The notes under the pieces were generated by a model. That model did not search any database, was not told the DNA's origin, and saw nothing but the letters and a program-made list of their open reading frames with translations. 64,000 nucleotides of DNA from Candidatus Woesebacteria bacterium (GTDB lineage Bacteria; Patescibacteriota; Microgenomatia; UBA1400; UBA12028): the NCBI GenBank assembly GCA_040006915.1, contig JBDTWD010000001.1:98229-162228 (forward strand), given 5' to 3'. This document shows positions 26,488 to 36,118 of this stretch, one piece after another (the first letter of the stretch is position 1; each line of letters opens with the position of its first letter). The translations under genes were made by a program, and so were the position numbers.

Positions 26488-26750
26488 GTTTCTACTCCTT
26501 ATTTGATAAAAGTTTGTCTTCCCCTGCTATACAGGCTATGACAAGGGACGATTGTCCACTCTCAAAGCCTGTATAGGGTTTTCACACTAGAGTTGTAAAA
26601 GAGCGATGCACATATGACTACAAAACGTGATGTTCTGTGCCCCATATGCACGAATGAGTATTGTACCAAAAGAAGGCAGAGACATCAATATTATAGGTTC
26701 TTACAATGAGAGTTATCGAGGCGGTGGTCTGTATTAGCGCGTGGTCGCAT

Positions 26751-27803
26751 TCATTTCTTATTCCCCACTCCAACGATCCACCAAAATGGAACGAGGATGG
26801 ACACACTCACAGGGTTAAACAGCATTACTGTCAGAATGCCGAAAAAAGATGCTAGCAAAACAATATCTTTTTTACGTACCAATCCTATTACAGTCATTCC
26901 AACTACACTCGAAAAAAAAGTCAACCCAATAATTCCACCTTGTACCCACCAATCCAAAAATACATTGTGACTGCTATCTACATATTGGAAGCGTACCGAA
27001 TTGTGAAGAGTTTGTGCTGCATGTTGTAATCCCACTTCAGTGTTCCCCACTCCCCATCCTACGATTGGTTTCTCCATACCAGCCTGTAGTGCTGTTTGCC
27101 AAATGGTAGCTCTAGAGTCAAATTCCTGTTTGGTATCCACAAAGGGTAGCAGTAGGGTGACGGTCAGAAAGAGACTAGCAACTGCGACTGTCCAACCTAG
27201 ACGAAAGCGTTTGGATCCAATGAGAATAATCCCTTGAGCTACTAGTCCAATCAGGGCTGAGCGTGATCCGGAAAGAAAAATAAGAGCGATTGCAGGGACA
27301 AGTGCGAATGGAGTCTGGGTGAGTGGAAGAACAAAGAGTGTGTAAGCTCCAAGGGAATTGGCTTCACCAACTGCCCCGACTGCTCTGCCAGCTCCATCCA
27401 GCCTCCCAGTTAAGGCAATAAGAAGAGTTCCCAGGATGGCAATGCAAGCAAACAGTCGTCGTTTCTTATGCGTGGTCAATATTGGGCTAATTATGCTCCA
27501 TAGAAGGAGGGCCCAGAGGAGAAAAACACCCTGCATGCGAAAGGCATTTCCCAGGAATGTCGTATCTGTGTGTTCAGTCAGGAATCCGAAAATTGAGAGA
27601 ATACCCAGTCCTCCAAGTGCTATTTTGGTTTGAAAGGTGACTGATATTTTCTTCCAACTCTCACCTTTCCAGAAAAACAGTATCGATAGGAGCGCAATAC
27701 TGAGGAGTGCGACTACAACTTTGGGAATTTCGTGCCAAGAAGTACCAAATGGCAGTACTACAAAAGCTAGACCAAAGAGAAAGAGGGCGTAAAAACTACT
27801 CAT
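26751..27803 (-). CDS. polytopic membrane protein (O-antigen ligase/Wzy-like, tentative)
   Basis: 350 aa with more than 9 hydrophobic helices. Confidence 0.35.
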   Translation of the reverse strand: MSSFYALFLFGLAFVVLPFGTSWHEIPKVVVALLSIALLSILFFWKGESWKKISVTFQTKIALGGLGILSIFGFLTEHTDTTFLGNAFRMQGVFLLWALLLWSIISPILTTHKKRRLFACIAILGTLLIALTGRLDGAGRAVGAVGEANSLGAYTLFVLPLTQTPFALVPAIALIFLSGSRSALIGLVAQGIILIGSKRFRLGWTVAVASLFLTVTLLLPFVDTKQEFDSRATIWQTALQAGMEKPIVGWGVGNTEVGLQHAAQTLHNSVRFQYVDSSHNVFLDWWVQGGIIGLTFFSSVVGMTVIGLVRKKDIVLLASFFGILTVMLFNPVSVSILVPFWWIVGVGNKK

Positions 27804-27834
27804 GTCTATTTACAGTAGCAGATTTTACACACAC

Positions 27835-28266
27835 TTAGCGGTGAGAAAATTGTGAGAACCAGTGTCGGCAGATCTCAAACCAACGCACAAACACATGATG
27901 GAATCGATTGTCATCATCATGACGTGGCATAGGGGTTGGAACTGGAGTTGGTCTCGGGGTTGGTTTTGGTGTATGGGTTGGTCGTACTGTAGGTGTTGGC
28001 TTTGGAGTAGCCGTTGGTGTTGGGGTTGGAGTAACTACAGGCGTCGCTGTTGGGGTTGGTGTTGGAGTAACCACTGGTGTAGCTGTCGGAGTTGGGGTTG
28101 GACTTCCAATTGGTGAGGTAACTGGTGCGGTCACTGGAGCCGTGATTGGTCCAGAAACAGGTCCACCAGCTTGTACCTGGAACTGTACAGAGTTGAAGGT
28201 TTCAGAAGCTACAATGGCAGTGACTGCCAAACTTGTCACAATGAGAGCGATTCGAGTTTTTTGCAT
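27835..28266 (-). CDS. secreted Pro/Thr-rich repeat protein
   Basis: Signal-like N-terminus followed by tandem TPTPTATPVVTPTPT repeats. Confidence 0.5.
   Translation of the reverse strand: MQKTRIALIVTSLAVTAIVASETFNSVQFQVQAGGPVSGPITAPVTAPVTSPIGSPTPTPTATPVVTPTPTPTATPVVTPTPTPTATPKPTPTVRPTHTPKPTPRPTPVPTPMPRHDDDNRFHHVFVRWFEICRHWFSQFSHR
27985..28115. repeat. tandem ~45-nt DNA repeat encoding the PT-rich linker
   Basis: Repeated GTTGGGGTTGGAGTAACTACAGGCGTCGCT-like units visible in the sequence. Confidence 0.6.
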
Positions 28267-28312
28267 AAGTTGCTATTATAACAATAACTATAGGCTTGTC
28301 AATCGAGGAGTT

Positions 28313-28630
28313 TTAGAGAAGAAATTCGTTTTCCAGTGCGCATGCTATTTCCTGCAGGTATTTTTGCTGTTCTGTCGGAGTTAAGACATTTTCTGGCTTC
28401 TGATAGAGAGCTGCATACAGTATATCGTACGCTGATACATATTGAAACGCTCGAGTATCTTTGCGAATCATGTTGGTTACCGCCCCAATCTGTTGTTCAT
28501 TCGGTACGCCTTTCATTGTTTGCACTTTGTCACGGACTTGGTCAAGTGCTCTCTTGACGAGAGGTGCTCCGTCTATTACCTGAAACTGTACCCAATCAGT
28601 CTCTCCAAAGCCAGGATTTTCTTTTTTCAT
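28313..28630 (-). CDS. hypothetical protein
   Basis: ORF trimmed to an internal Met to avoid overlap with the PAP2 gene. Confidence 0.35.
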   Translation of the reverse strand: MKKENPGFGETDWVQFQVIDGAPLVKRALDQVRDKVQTMKGVPNEQQIGAVTNMIRKDTRAFQYVSAYDILYAALYQKPENVLTPTEQQKYLQEIACALENEFLL

Positions 28631-28637
28631 ATGGCGA

Positions 28638-29288
28638 TTATATCTTTTTCTCTTGTGGAGTGAAGAAGAGATTCGCACAAACCAAGCATACTGCCAAACT
28701 CCCCCCTCCGATGACATCTGTGGTCCAGTGCTTTCCCAGGACAATCAAGCCTGTAAGGAGTAGAAGAGTACCGATGGTAGCCAAACTTCCAAGTATCGAG
28801 AACAACAGTCGTTTTTTGTGAGTAACGAGCGCCGTTCCCAGAAGCATTGTGGTCAGAAATACAGTCCGATAGGTGTGGCCTGAAGGATAGCTGTATTCCA
28901 CTTGGACATGCATGGATGGAAATGGTAACCCTTTCGAAAGCCTCTGGAACATAAATGGAGGTGCAGGATGAGGTAGAATGGACTTTCCCATCAAGACAAA
29001 CACAAGACCAGCTCCATAGACCCCAAGTAGTAATAACTTTTGTCGTTTGCGCAGCGGTAGAAAGAGCAGAACAACGAGGAACAGTATTCCTTGGACCTCC
29101 ATACTGCCAAAGTCGACCAAAATCGCAACATTATCATCGAAACGTTTGGGAAATCTATCCTGAAGTTTGACCGTTGAGGTAAAATCAAGCGTAGTAAACA
29201 AATGTTTTTTCACTCCTGCTGTTACTGCTAGGAAAAGTAATCCAGAAGTAAGAGCACAAATGAGCAGAATTTTGGATCGTAAAGACAT
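28638..29288 (-). CDS. PAP2-family phosphatase (phosphatidic acid / undecaprenyl-PP phosphatase-like)
   Basis: 216-aa membrane protein with PAP2 motifs PSGHT and GKHWTTDVIGG. Confidence 0.7.
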   Translation of the reverse strand: MSLRSKILLICALTSGLLFLAVTAGVKKHLFTTLDFTSTVKLQDRFPKRFDDNVAILVDFGSMEVQGILFLVVLLFLPLRKRQKLLLLGVYGAGLVFVLMGKSILPHPAPPFMFQRLSKGLPFPSMHVQVEYSYPSGHTYRTVFLTTMLLGTALVTHKKRLLFSILGSLATIGTLLLLTGLIVLGKHWTTDVIGGGSLAVCLVCANLFFTPQEKKI

Positions 29289-29333
29289 GAAAGAGTATTG
29301 TATATCATTTTGGAGCGTGGCATGATAATCACT

Positions 29334-29831
29334 ATGAATAGCCGAGGAAACCTAAATATAGTGATCGCGGTGCTTTTAGGGGTGGTACTGGTCATGGGCG
29401 GGGGCTTGGTCTATATCTCTAATCGGATACCAAAAACACAAACCCAGTCCACAACTTCTCAAGATGCAACCCAAAGTGCTGATCTTGAATCAGATGCTTC
29501 ACCATCAGCTGCTCTAGTGGTGAAATATACAGGAGCGACGGCTTTAAGCGATGCTCAAAAAGATCAGATAGCTAAAAGAGTGGTAGCTCCGGTTAGGGAT
29601 TTTTACGCTTGGATAGGTGGAGAACATGTAGTGACCAAACTATCTATAGAGGCAACAAAGGAAAATACCTATTTTGCGACTGTAACTCATAGCGATGGTT
29701 CCGAAGAAGGATTTCTTTTAAACAAAGCAGATGATGGGTTTGGCTGGTGGTCACCTCCCTGTCAAACCAGTTGTGTGTTCTCTCCTGAATTTGCGACGAA
29801 ATATCCCTTGATCGTAAACCCCGGACCGTAA
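29334..29831 (+). CDS. hypothetical secreted/membrane-anchored protein
   Basis: N-terminal TM or signal segment. Start chosen at the internal ATG (MNSRGN...). Confidence 0.45.
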   Translation: MNSRGNLNIVIAVLLGVVLVMGGGLVYISNRIPKTQTQSTTSQDATQSADLESDASPSAALVVKYTGATALSDAQKDQIAKRVVAPVRDFYAWIGGEHVVTKLSIEATKENTYFATVTHSDGSEEGFLLNKADDGFGWWSPPCQTSCVFSPEFATKYPLIVNPGP

Positions 29832-29896
29832 TGTAACTGGTATACTGTACTTCTCTCCCGAAACGCCTTTTTTTGTAGACGATTTGTAGGATTCAT

Positions 29897-30394
29897 ATGA
29901 ACACAGCAACACTTTTTGATACAGTTTCTGATGCTATTACAGCCGCGATGGGTTCAACTCTTTCGATCTTGATTCACACCATATTGTTTGGAGCAATATT
30001 TGTTCTGGTTCTTCTCGGTATTTCCGTGGAAAAAATTATGTTGACCCTAACAACTGTAGTTTCTTTGGAAGCTATTTACTTGTCTCTTTTTATTCAACGA
30101 GCAGTTAACAAACAGTCAGCAAAACTTGAAACTGCAATTGATAAAATTGTGGCAAATGTCACGCAGAACTTGGAAAAGCCTTTGGATGAGGTAGTAGATG
30201 AGATTCGTCAGACTGTTAAAGAAACTCATGCAGCCGTGATTCGTGTTGTGGCTCAAGAATCGGATGAAGTGATCGAAAAAGTCCAAGCAACAATGGCTGC
30301 GGAATCCGATGATGTGGTGAGAGAGCTAACTGAGCATGTTACTGAAGAGACTGATGAGCTGGTTACCGAACTGCGAGAACAGAAGGAACATTAA
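29897..30394 (+). CDS. DUF1003-like membrane protein with an acidic coiled-coil tail
   Basis: 165 aa, two TM helices then a helical acidic region. Confidence 0.45.
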   Translation: MNTATLFDTVSDAITAAMGSTLSILIHTILFGAIFVLVLLGISVEKIMLTLTTVVSLEAIYLSLFIQRAVNKQSAKLETAIDKIVANVTQNLEKPLDEVVDEIRQTVKETHAAVIRVVAQESDEVIEKVQATMAAESDDVVRELTEHVTEETDELVTELREQKEH

Positions 30395-30900
30395 GATTCA
30401 AAAAATCTCTGTGCTGCTTGGAGAAATGTTAGATCTCTGGGAACAATGTATGATTTTCCCTCCTGATTTGTTGCTTGATTTTTTGATATGAGAGCAAGCG
30501 CTTCACTGTAAGGCATCCATATTTGTTTAAATCCTTCAGCTATTTCTTTGGGGGTAAAGTCTGGCTTTCCCTTTTTCCCTTTCACCTTGGCTACGTAACA
30601 ATATGATATTTGTTTTAGGGTAAAAAGTTTTCGGTATTCGATTATTGACCCAATCTCATCAAGTATTTCGACGGTGCAGCCAATTTCTTCCATACATTCA
30701 CGGTATAACGCGACTCTCCTGTCTTCCCCTGCTTCGATCCCTCCACCTGGGATTTTGTAATAGTTGTCACTCGCTACATATAGAAGCGCAATAAGTCCGT
30801 TGTCATCGATAACAACGGCTCGGGCAGTCTCGCGAACTGGGTATTCCTTAACGTCGCTTTCAGATACAGCCTCAGGATTAATCACTTCTAGTAATTTCAT
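30391..30900 (-). CDS. NUDIX hydrolase
   Basis: Nudix box GGGIEAGEDRRVALYRECMEEIG. Confidence 0.75.
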   Translation of the reverse strand: MKLLEVINPEAVSESDVKEYPVRETARAVVIDDNGLIALLYVASDNYYKIPGGGIEAGEDRRVALYRECMEEIGCTVEILDEIGSIIEYRKLFTLKQISYCYVAKVKGKKGKPDFTPKEIAEGFKQIWMPYSEALALISKNQATNQEGKSYIVPRDLTFLQAAQRFFES

Positions 30901-30975
30901 ACCGTGAGTCTATCACAAGGCGTTTCTTCGGATCTACATCTTTTGCTCATGCTCATTTTCGAGTATAAACACAGG

Positions 30976-32403
30976 ATGAGTCCTTTTTCTTTTTACCTTT
31001 TTGGTGTCACAGGGAATCTTGCCCAGATTAAAGTAATTCCGGCTCTCTATGATCTGTTTGAAAAGAAATTAATCCCCAAAGGCAGCCACATTATAGGCGT
31101 AGCCAGAAAAGAGATGACTCCAGATCAATTCCGTTCCTTTGTATGGGATATTTTACAGACTCCAAATCGCCACCATACACATCCGATTCGTGATGAAGTA
31201 TGGCAAGAGATGTGTGAACATCTCTCCTATCAAAGTGGTGATTTTTCCGATCCAAAACTCTACAGTACGATCAAAGCTTCTTTAGAAACTCATCAAATTC
31301 ATAATACAATTTTTTATCTCGCGACCTACCCACAACTCTACGAAAGTATCTTCACGAACTTAAAAACCGCCGGACTTACAAATCAAGACAAAGGCTTTAC
31401 TCGTTTGATGCTTGAAAAGCCTATTGGTATAGATTTGGCGTCTGCCAAAAGACTCAATGCCCAGGTCTCACAGTACTTTGAAGAATCACAGGTGTATCGA
31501 CTCGACCACTATTTAGGCAAAGAGACTCTACAAAATATATTAACCTTTCGCTTTGGTAATGGTCTTTTAGAACATTTGTTTAATCATGAATTTGTTGATC
31601 ATATTCAAATCACCGCTAGCGAAGATTATGGTATTGGTAGACGCGGAACCTATTTTGATAGTGTAGGAATGTTAAAAGATGTCGGGCAAAATCATAGTTT
31701 GCAGATGCTTACGACTGTGACCATGGATGCCCCTAAAGAATTTAGCAACGAAGCCGTCACCCGTGAACGAGTAAAGGTCTTAGAAAAGTTACTCTCTGAT
31801 CCAGAGCATGTCGTCTTTGGTCAGTACGAAGGCTACACGGGCGAAGAATTTGTTACCAAAGATTCATCCCAAGATACCTTCTTTGCCTTGCGCACCACAA
31901 TTGATAACGAGCGCTGGCAAGGTGTTCCTATTTATATTCGTGCCGGGAAACGATTGAATCAAACTTGTACTGAAATTTCTTTGGTCTTTAAAAATCCTAT
32001 TAACAGATTGTTCTCCCACTTAGATTCGGGAAATGAGCCTAATATTTTAACCTTTCGCATTCAACCGAATGAAGGAATTGTGTTTAAGTTTTTGTCCAAA
32101 GTGGCAGGACATGACTTGAAGTTAGAGCCACAATATATGCAGTTTTGTTACAAGTATCAAGGTACGGATATGCCTGATGCCTATGAGAATCTAATTTCAG
32201 ATGTAATTAAAGGGGACCAGACATTTTTTAATGATGCAGTTGAAGTGGAAGCGCAGTGGTCTTTTACCGACCCACTCTCCGCTATCCGCAACCGACCGAT
32301 AGCGTACGAACAAGGGTCGTGGGGTCCGCAAGCAGCGTTTGAGTTATTGCAGCAAGACGGCCGTGAGTGGCTTGAACCCAGTTTAGCTATGTGTGCAATC
32401 TAA
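30976..32403 (+). CDS. zwf: glucose-6-phosphate 1-dehydrogenase
   Basis: N-terminal FGVTGNLAQIKVIPALYDL and the active-site motif RLDHYLGKE. The ORF-track start (GTG at 30904) was trimmed to the ATG at 30976. Confidence 0.85.
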   Translation: MSPFSFYLFGVTGNLAQIKVIPALYDLFEKKLIPKGSHIIGVARKEMTPDQFRSFVWDILQTPNRHHTHPIRDEVWQEMCEHLSYQSGDFSDPKLYSTIKASLETHQIHNTIFYLATYPQLYESIFTNLKTAGLTNQDKGFTRLMLEKPIGIDLASAKRLNAQVSQYFEESQVYRLDHYLGKETLQNILTFRFGNGLLEHLFNHEFVDHIQITASEDYGIGRRGTYFDSVGMLKDVGQNHSLQMLTTVTMDAPKEFSNEAVTRERVKVLEKLLSDPEHVVFGQYEGYTGEEFVTKDSSQDTFFALRTTIDNERWQGVPIYIRAGKRLNQTCTEISLVFKNPINRLFSHLDSGNEPNILTFRIQPNEGIVFKFLSKVAGHDLKLEPQYMQFCYKYQGTDMPDAYENLISDVIKGDQTFFNDAVEVEAQWSFTDPLSAIRNRPIAYEQGSWGPQAAFELLQQDGREWLEPSLAMCAI

Positions 32404-32418
32404 GATTTATCTTCTTCT

Positions 32419-32751
32419 TTAAGAATGTTTTAGAGATATTGGACTTGTAATTTCAACTGGAATTTTGGGAATAAGAGAAGCAAACCATGTCATAGACTCT
32501 GAATGCGCTTTTTTAGGCCAAGTCACATTCTGAGAATCATATCCACCATGTTGACCAAGGAATGTCATTAATAGACGAAACGCACTTTCGACTGCGTCTT
32601 TGTGTCCATACAGTTCAATCCAAGACTGTGAAATATTTTCTGCTGTTCCATCACGTCTAATATGTACTCCGAGAGGGAAATCCAAAGTTATTGGTTTTGA
32701 GAAAGTGTTCTCAGTTTTAGCTACCCGAAGCTCGATTGATACTAACGACAT
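32419..32751 (-). CDS. hypothetical protein
   Basis: 110-aa ORF. Confidence 0.4.
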   Translation of the reverse strand: MSLVSIELRVAKTENTFSKPITLDFPLGVHIRRDGTAENISQSWIELYGHKDAVESAFRLLMTFLGQHGGYDSQNVTWPKKAHSESMTWFASLIPKIPVEITSPISLKHS

Positions 32752-32763
32752 ATTCCACCTCCT

Positions 32764-33696
32764 CTATTTCGTACTGTGTCCCCCAAATTTACCTCGTTGT
32801 GCGGTAACCACTTTGTTACGAAAACTGTCGCCGTCATTCGCTGAATTCTTGCGAACATTCAAGGACTCTTCGATAATTGGGATGGGTATCCCTAATTCTT
32901 TGGCCGCGTTGACAGTCCATTCCCCTTCGCCGCTATGTGCAATGACTGGGCTGACACCGGTAAGCGTTGGGTTTTCGGCAAGAGCTTCTTGGGTCCAAGC
33001 TACCAGTCTTGATTCGATGACGCTTCTGGTATTGTAGATTCGGAATACTTCTGCCAAATCAAAATGGAAATCCGATTTTTCAAGCACTGCTGCGCCTTCA
33101 GCAATTGCTTCCATCATTCCATATTCAATTCCGTTATGGACCATCTTGGCAAAGTGCCCGGCACCAGTTGGTCCCACATGTGCATAGGCAAGAGGGGCCG
33201 CAATCGATTTTAAGAGTGACTCAACTTGTTTAAAATCGTTATCTTCACCGCCAACCATAAGACAAGCTCCGTTGCGTGCGCCGCCAGGACCTCCGGAAAC
33301 TGCCACGTCCATGAATCGGATTCCTTTTTCTTTGAACATATGTGCGCGTCGGAGAGTATCGGTATATAAACTGTTTGCTCCATCGATTACTAGGTCGCCC
33401 TCTGTAAGCAACGGAAGAAGCTCAGTAAGAAAATCATCGGTAACTTGTCCAGCGGGAAGCATAAGCCAAATAACGTGAGGAGTTGGAAGCTGGCTGATGA
33501 GGTGAGAAAGATCGACGGCTTTTTTTGCACCCGCAAGAACGACTTCTTCAACTGGTTCGGGTGATCGGTTCCAAGCAATCACATCAATATGTTGTTCGAG
33601 CAAACGGAACACCATGTTTTTACCCATTTTCCCTAATCCGATGTAGCCAATTGTCATACTAGGATCTCCGTTCGGTATCAATTGTATTTTGTGCAC
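32764..33696 (-). CDS. 6-phosphogluconate dehydrogenase-like NAD(P)-binding enzyme (short 6PGDH/YqeC type)
   Basis: IGYIGLGKMGKNM Rossmann motif. Adjacent to zwf. Confidence 0.7.
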   Translation of the reverse strand: MHKIQLIPNGDPSMTIGYIGLGKMGKNMVFRLLEQHIDVIAWNRSPEPVEEVVLAGAKKAVDLSHLISQLPTPHVIWLMLPAGQVTDDFLTELLPLLTEGDLVIDGANSLYTDTLRRAHMFKEKGIRFMDVAVSGGPGGARNGACLMVGGEDNDFKQVESLLKSIAAPLAYAHVGPTGAGHFAKMVHNGIEYGMMEAIAEGAAVLEKSDFHFDLAEVFRIYNTRSVIESRLVAWTQEALAENPTLTGVSPVIAHSGEGEWTVNAAKELGIPIPIIEESLNVRKNSANDGDSFRNKVVTAQRGKFGGHSTK

Positions 33697-33955
33697 GTTC
33701 CTGAATTATTTTTCTTCCTTCAGGCGTTAGACTATATGCATTCCTGGATAAGGAAATTGTTCCGTCCTCAATTAATTCTTGGAGATGAGTTGTGAGGTGT
33801 CTCTGAAATTTTGATGGGAGTAATGCTTTGATCTGCAGCAAAGTCCAGCTCTGTTGTTTATCGATTCCAGACAGCAATACATTGCGAATGAATTCGTCAT
33901 CAGCTTTATATTTTGCGTCGCTTCTTGTCTTCTCACGTTTCTCTTTATTTTCCAT
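33659..33955 (-). CDS. hypothetical small protein (possible winged-helix regulator)
   Basis: 98-aa ORF. Its 3' end overlaps the 6PGDH-like gene start by 38 nt. Confidence 0.3.
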   Translation of the reverse strand: MENKEKREKTRSDAKYKADDEFIRNVLLSGIDKQQSWTLLQIKALLPSKFQRHLTTHLQELIEDGTISLSRNAYSLTPEGRKIIQERAQNTIDTERRS

Positions 33956-34059
33956 ATGTGTTTTATACCATACTTTATGGTGATCGAAATCACAGTAATC
34001 TGTAACAGATTTGTGTCACACTACTTGTAGTATTCTCTAGTATAGAGTGTAATAAATCT

Positions 34060-34971
34060 ATGGAAACTTCTTCTCCTGTTCCTCAATCAACTCCTTCAGA
34101 GACGAAACCAGAGTGTGGTGTAAATTGCAAAGACTGTTTAAAGGGAGGATTACCAATCAAACGTGAGTGGCTTTCCTTTATTACTTTGACTCTCTTTACC
34201 ATGTTAGTGATATTGTTTGTGTTTTTTGTACAAGCGAAGCGCGATCTTTCAAGTACTGGGCGTGATGATCGAGATGAATTGGCAAGTTCTCAAGCTGCAT
34301 CACCCTCTGCCTTTCCTGTATCCAATGCTCGCAGCTATCCGACAACGATTTCTCTACCTACAGTCAAAAATACAGGAACTCTTTCTGTGGAAAAAGCGAT
34401 TGCGACGCGCAGAAGTCGTCGTGAATTTTCAGATACTTCAGTGACACTCGCTGAACTCGGACAAATGCTCTGGAGCGGACAAGGAATTACTGATTCTGCG
34501 ACTGGAAAGCGCACTGCCCCCTCAGCTCGAGAGTCATACCCAATGACACTCTTTGTGGTGGTTAAGCGTGTGAGTGGTTTGGAACCTGGGTTATATGAAT
34601 ATATTCCCAAAACTCATGCCTTAGGAAAGATGGCTGCTACCGATTTGGATCCTGCCTTGAAAGAAGCCGGAGTGCAAGAAGGAGCACAGAAAGCTCCCGT
34701 TGTCTTTTTAATTAGCGCCAGCTTTGGAAATTATCAAGCCAAAACCAAGTCAGCGAATGTCACCGCAACATATATGGAAGCCGGCCACATCGGGCAGAAT
34801 ATGTATCTTGAGGCAGAATCATTAGATATGGCGATGGTGGTGATGGCAGGATTTGATAGCAGTAAAGTAACCCAGGCCTTGCAGATGGATGGTGCCGAAA
34901 CGATTGAATATGTCGTTCCCTTTGGTCACCGTGCTCCAGAACTTGTGGCTACCCCAGTGCCAAAAGAATAA
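34060..34971 (+). CDS. SagB/ThcOx-type nitroreductase-family dehydrogenase with an N-terminal TM anchor
   Basis: ATRRSRREFSD and nitroreductase-fold motifs. An N-terminal Cys pair plus a TM segment. Confidence 0.55.
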   Translation: METSSPVPQSTPSETKPECGVNCKDCLKGGLPIKREWLSFITLTLFTMLVILFVFFVQAKRDLSSTGRDDRDELASSQAASPSAFPVSNARSYPTTISLPTVKNTGTLSVEKAIATRRSRREFSDTSVTLAELGQMLWSGQGITDSATGKRTAPSARESYPMTLFVVVKRVSGLEPGLYEYIPKTHALGKMAATDLDPALKEAGVQEGAQKAPVVFLISASFGNYQAKTKSANVTATYMEAGHIGQNMYLEAESLDMAMVVMAGFDSSKVTQALQMDGAETIEYVVPFGHRAPELVATPVPKE

Positions 34972-34973
34972 GT

Positions 34974-35636
34974 ATGAAACATAAAATTTTACTCATTGGC
35001 GTTTTTACGATTCTCACTGTATTTGCCTGTTCGCGTCTGGCCTTGGCTCAAGAAAAAGCCTTTACTCCACAAGAACTTGCTCAAAATGATGGGAAAGATG
35101 GACATGCAGCCTTCTTTGCGTATAAAGGAAAAGTCTACGATGTGAGTACTAGTTCATTCTGGAAATTAGGTGAACATTTCGGTTTGCATGCAGGAGTAGA
35201 TTTGACCGACAAGATGGCGGGTGCGCCGCATGGTGAAGAAGTATTATCTAAATTTCCTGTAGTGGGAACCTTTGGGAGTGTGACTTCGAGTCCGGCTCCT
35301 GCTGTAGATAGTATTCCTGAAAAGGCTCCTGCAGCCAGCAGTACAAAACATTGGTATGACGCCCCGATTCGGATTGCCGGGATCTCCATTATTGGTTGGA
35401 CCGGAATACTACTGGGAATTGTGTTTGTCTTAAACTTTGCAACTTGTTTTGCTCTGCCCTGGGGAAAGTTGCCGCTGCCATGGAAAGGTAAGCGGCCTGG
35501 ACCTGACGCTTTAGATGGCGCTCCTGTCCATTTAAACTTTGCGAGCATTCATAAATACTTTGCCTGGGCAACTGTCATCGTGGGAATCGTTCATGGAGTC
35601 TTGGGCCTACTGCAGCTGCTTGGATTCTATTTGTAA
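34974..35636 (+). CDS. cytochrome b5-like heme/steroid-binding domain membrane protein
   Basis: FTPQELAQNDGKDGHAAFFAYKGKVYDVS...HFGLHAGVD, then C-terminal TM helices. Confidence 0.55.
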   Translation: MKHKILLIGVFTILTVFACSRLALAQEKAFTPQELAQNDGKDGHAAFFAYKGKVYDVSTSSFWKLGEHFGLHAGVDLTDKMAGAPHGEEVLSKFPVVGTFGSVTSSPAPAVDSIPEKAPAASSTKHWYDAPIRIAGISIIGWTGILLGIVFVLNFATCFALPWGKLPLPWKGKRPGPDALDGAPVHLNFASIHKYFAWATVIVGIVHGVLGLLQLLGFYL

Positions 35637-35692
35637 GGCATGCCAACTGATCCTTCGGTTTGTTATGAGTCATGACGAAGTGAGTTTTTCTT

Positions 35693-36115
35693 TTATTTCC
35701 AACTAACTAAAATTGCACCAATAACCACCAGAACTATCCCCGCCACTGATTTAGGAGAAAATTTTTCGCCTAATACCAGCCCCGAGAAAATAGCAATGAA
35801 GATTAAACTGGTTCGATCGATGACGCTCACTTTTCCTGCGTCTCCAGCTTTCAGAGCTGCAAAATAAAAAAGTAAGGAGGCAGCTCCGGCAATTGCCGAT
35901 AATACAATAAACGTCAGCTCCCTCCCCGTCAGAGCTTGTAATTTAGTGATGTCAATTTTTTGTAGTCCAATACTGACCCCGATCATCAAAACAGCCATGA
36001 TCACGGTACGTATGGTTGTCACCAGCGTAGAATCCAGTGTCTTGACGCCCAGTTTCGCAAAGATGGTAACGAGTGCCGCAGTGAGGGCTGAGAGAATCGC
36101 AAGTGGAAGCCACAT
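35693..36115 (-). CDS. EamA/DMT-family transporter (single EamA domain)
   Basis: 140 aa with four TM segments of EamA type. Confidence 0.6.
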   Translation of the reverse strand: MWLPLAILSALTAALVTIFAKLGVKTLDSTLVTTIRTVIMAVLMIGVSIGLQKIDITKLQALTGRELTFIVLSAIAGAASLLFYFAALKAGDAGKVSVIDRTSLIFIAIFSGLVLGEKFSPKSVAGIVLVVIGAILVSWK

Positions 36116-36118
36116 AGT

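Larger units (their letters stand above)
12750..26500. mobile_element. plasmid/ICE-like module (DUF2958, Fic, Replic_Relax, T4CP, nuclease, PIF1 helicase; candidate oriT palindrome)
   Basis: Co-localised conjugation and plasmid-associated gene families, a pseudogene remnant, and palindromic or hairpin DNA. Boundaries are approximate. No integrase or relaxase is recognised in the window. Confidence 0.4.

Noticed and set aside
27862-28116. Trp-rich 84-aa plus-strand ORF
   Set aside because: It is the antisense reading of the Pro/Thr tandem repeat: ACC/CCA repeats read as TGG on the other strand.
35135-35548. 137-aa minus-strand ORF inside the cytochrome b5-like gene
   Set aside because: Antisense to a motif-bearing gene. 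Its Ala/Gly/Pro-rich translation is typical of shadow frames.
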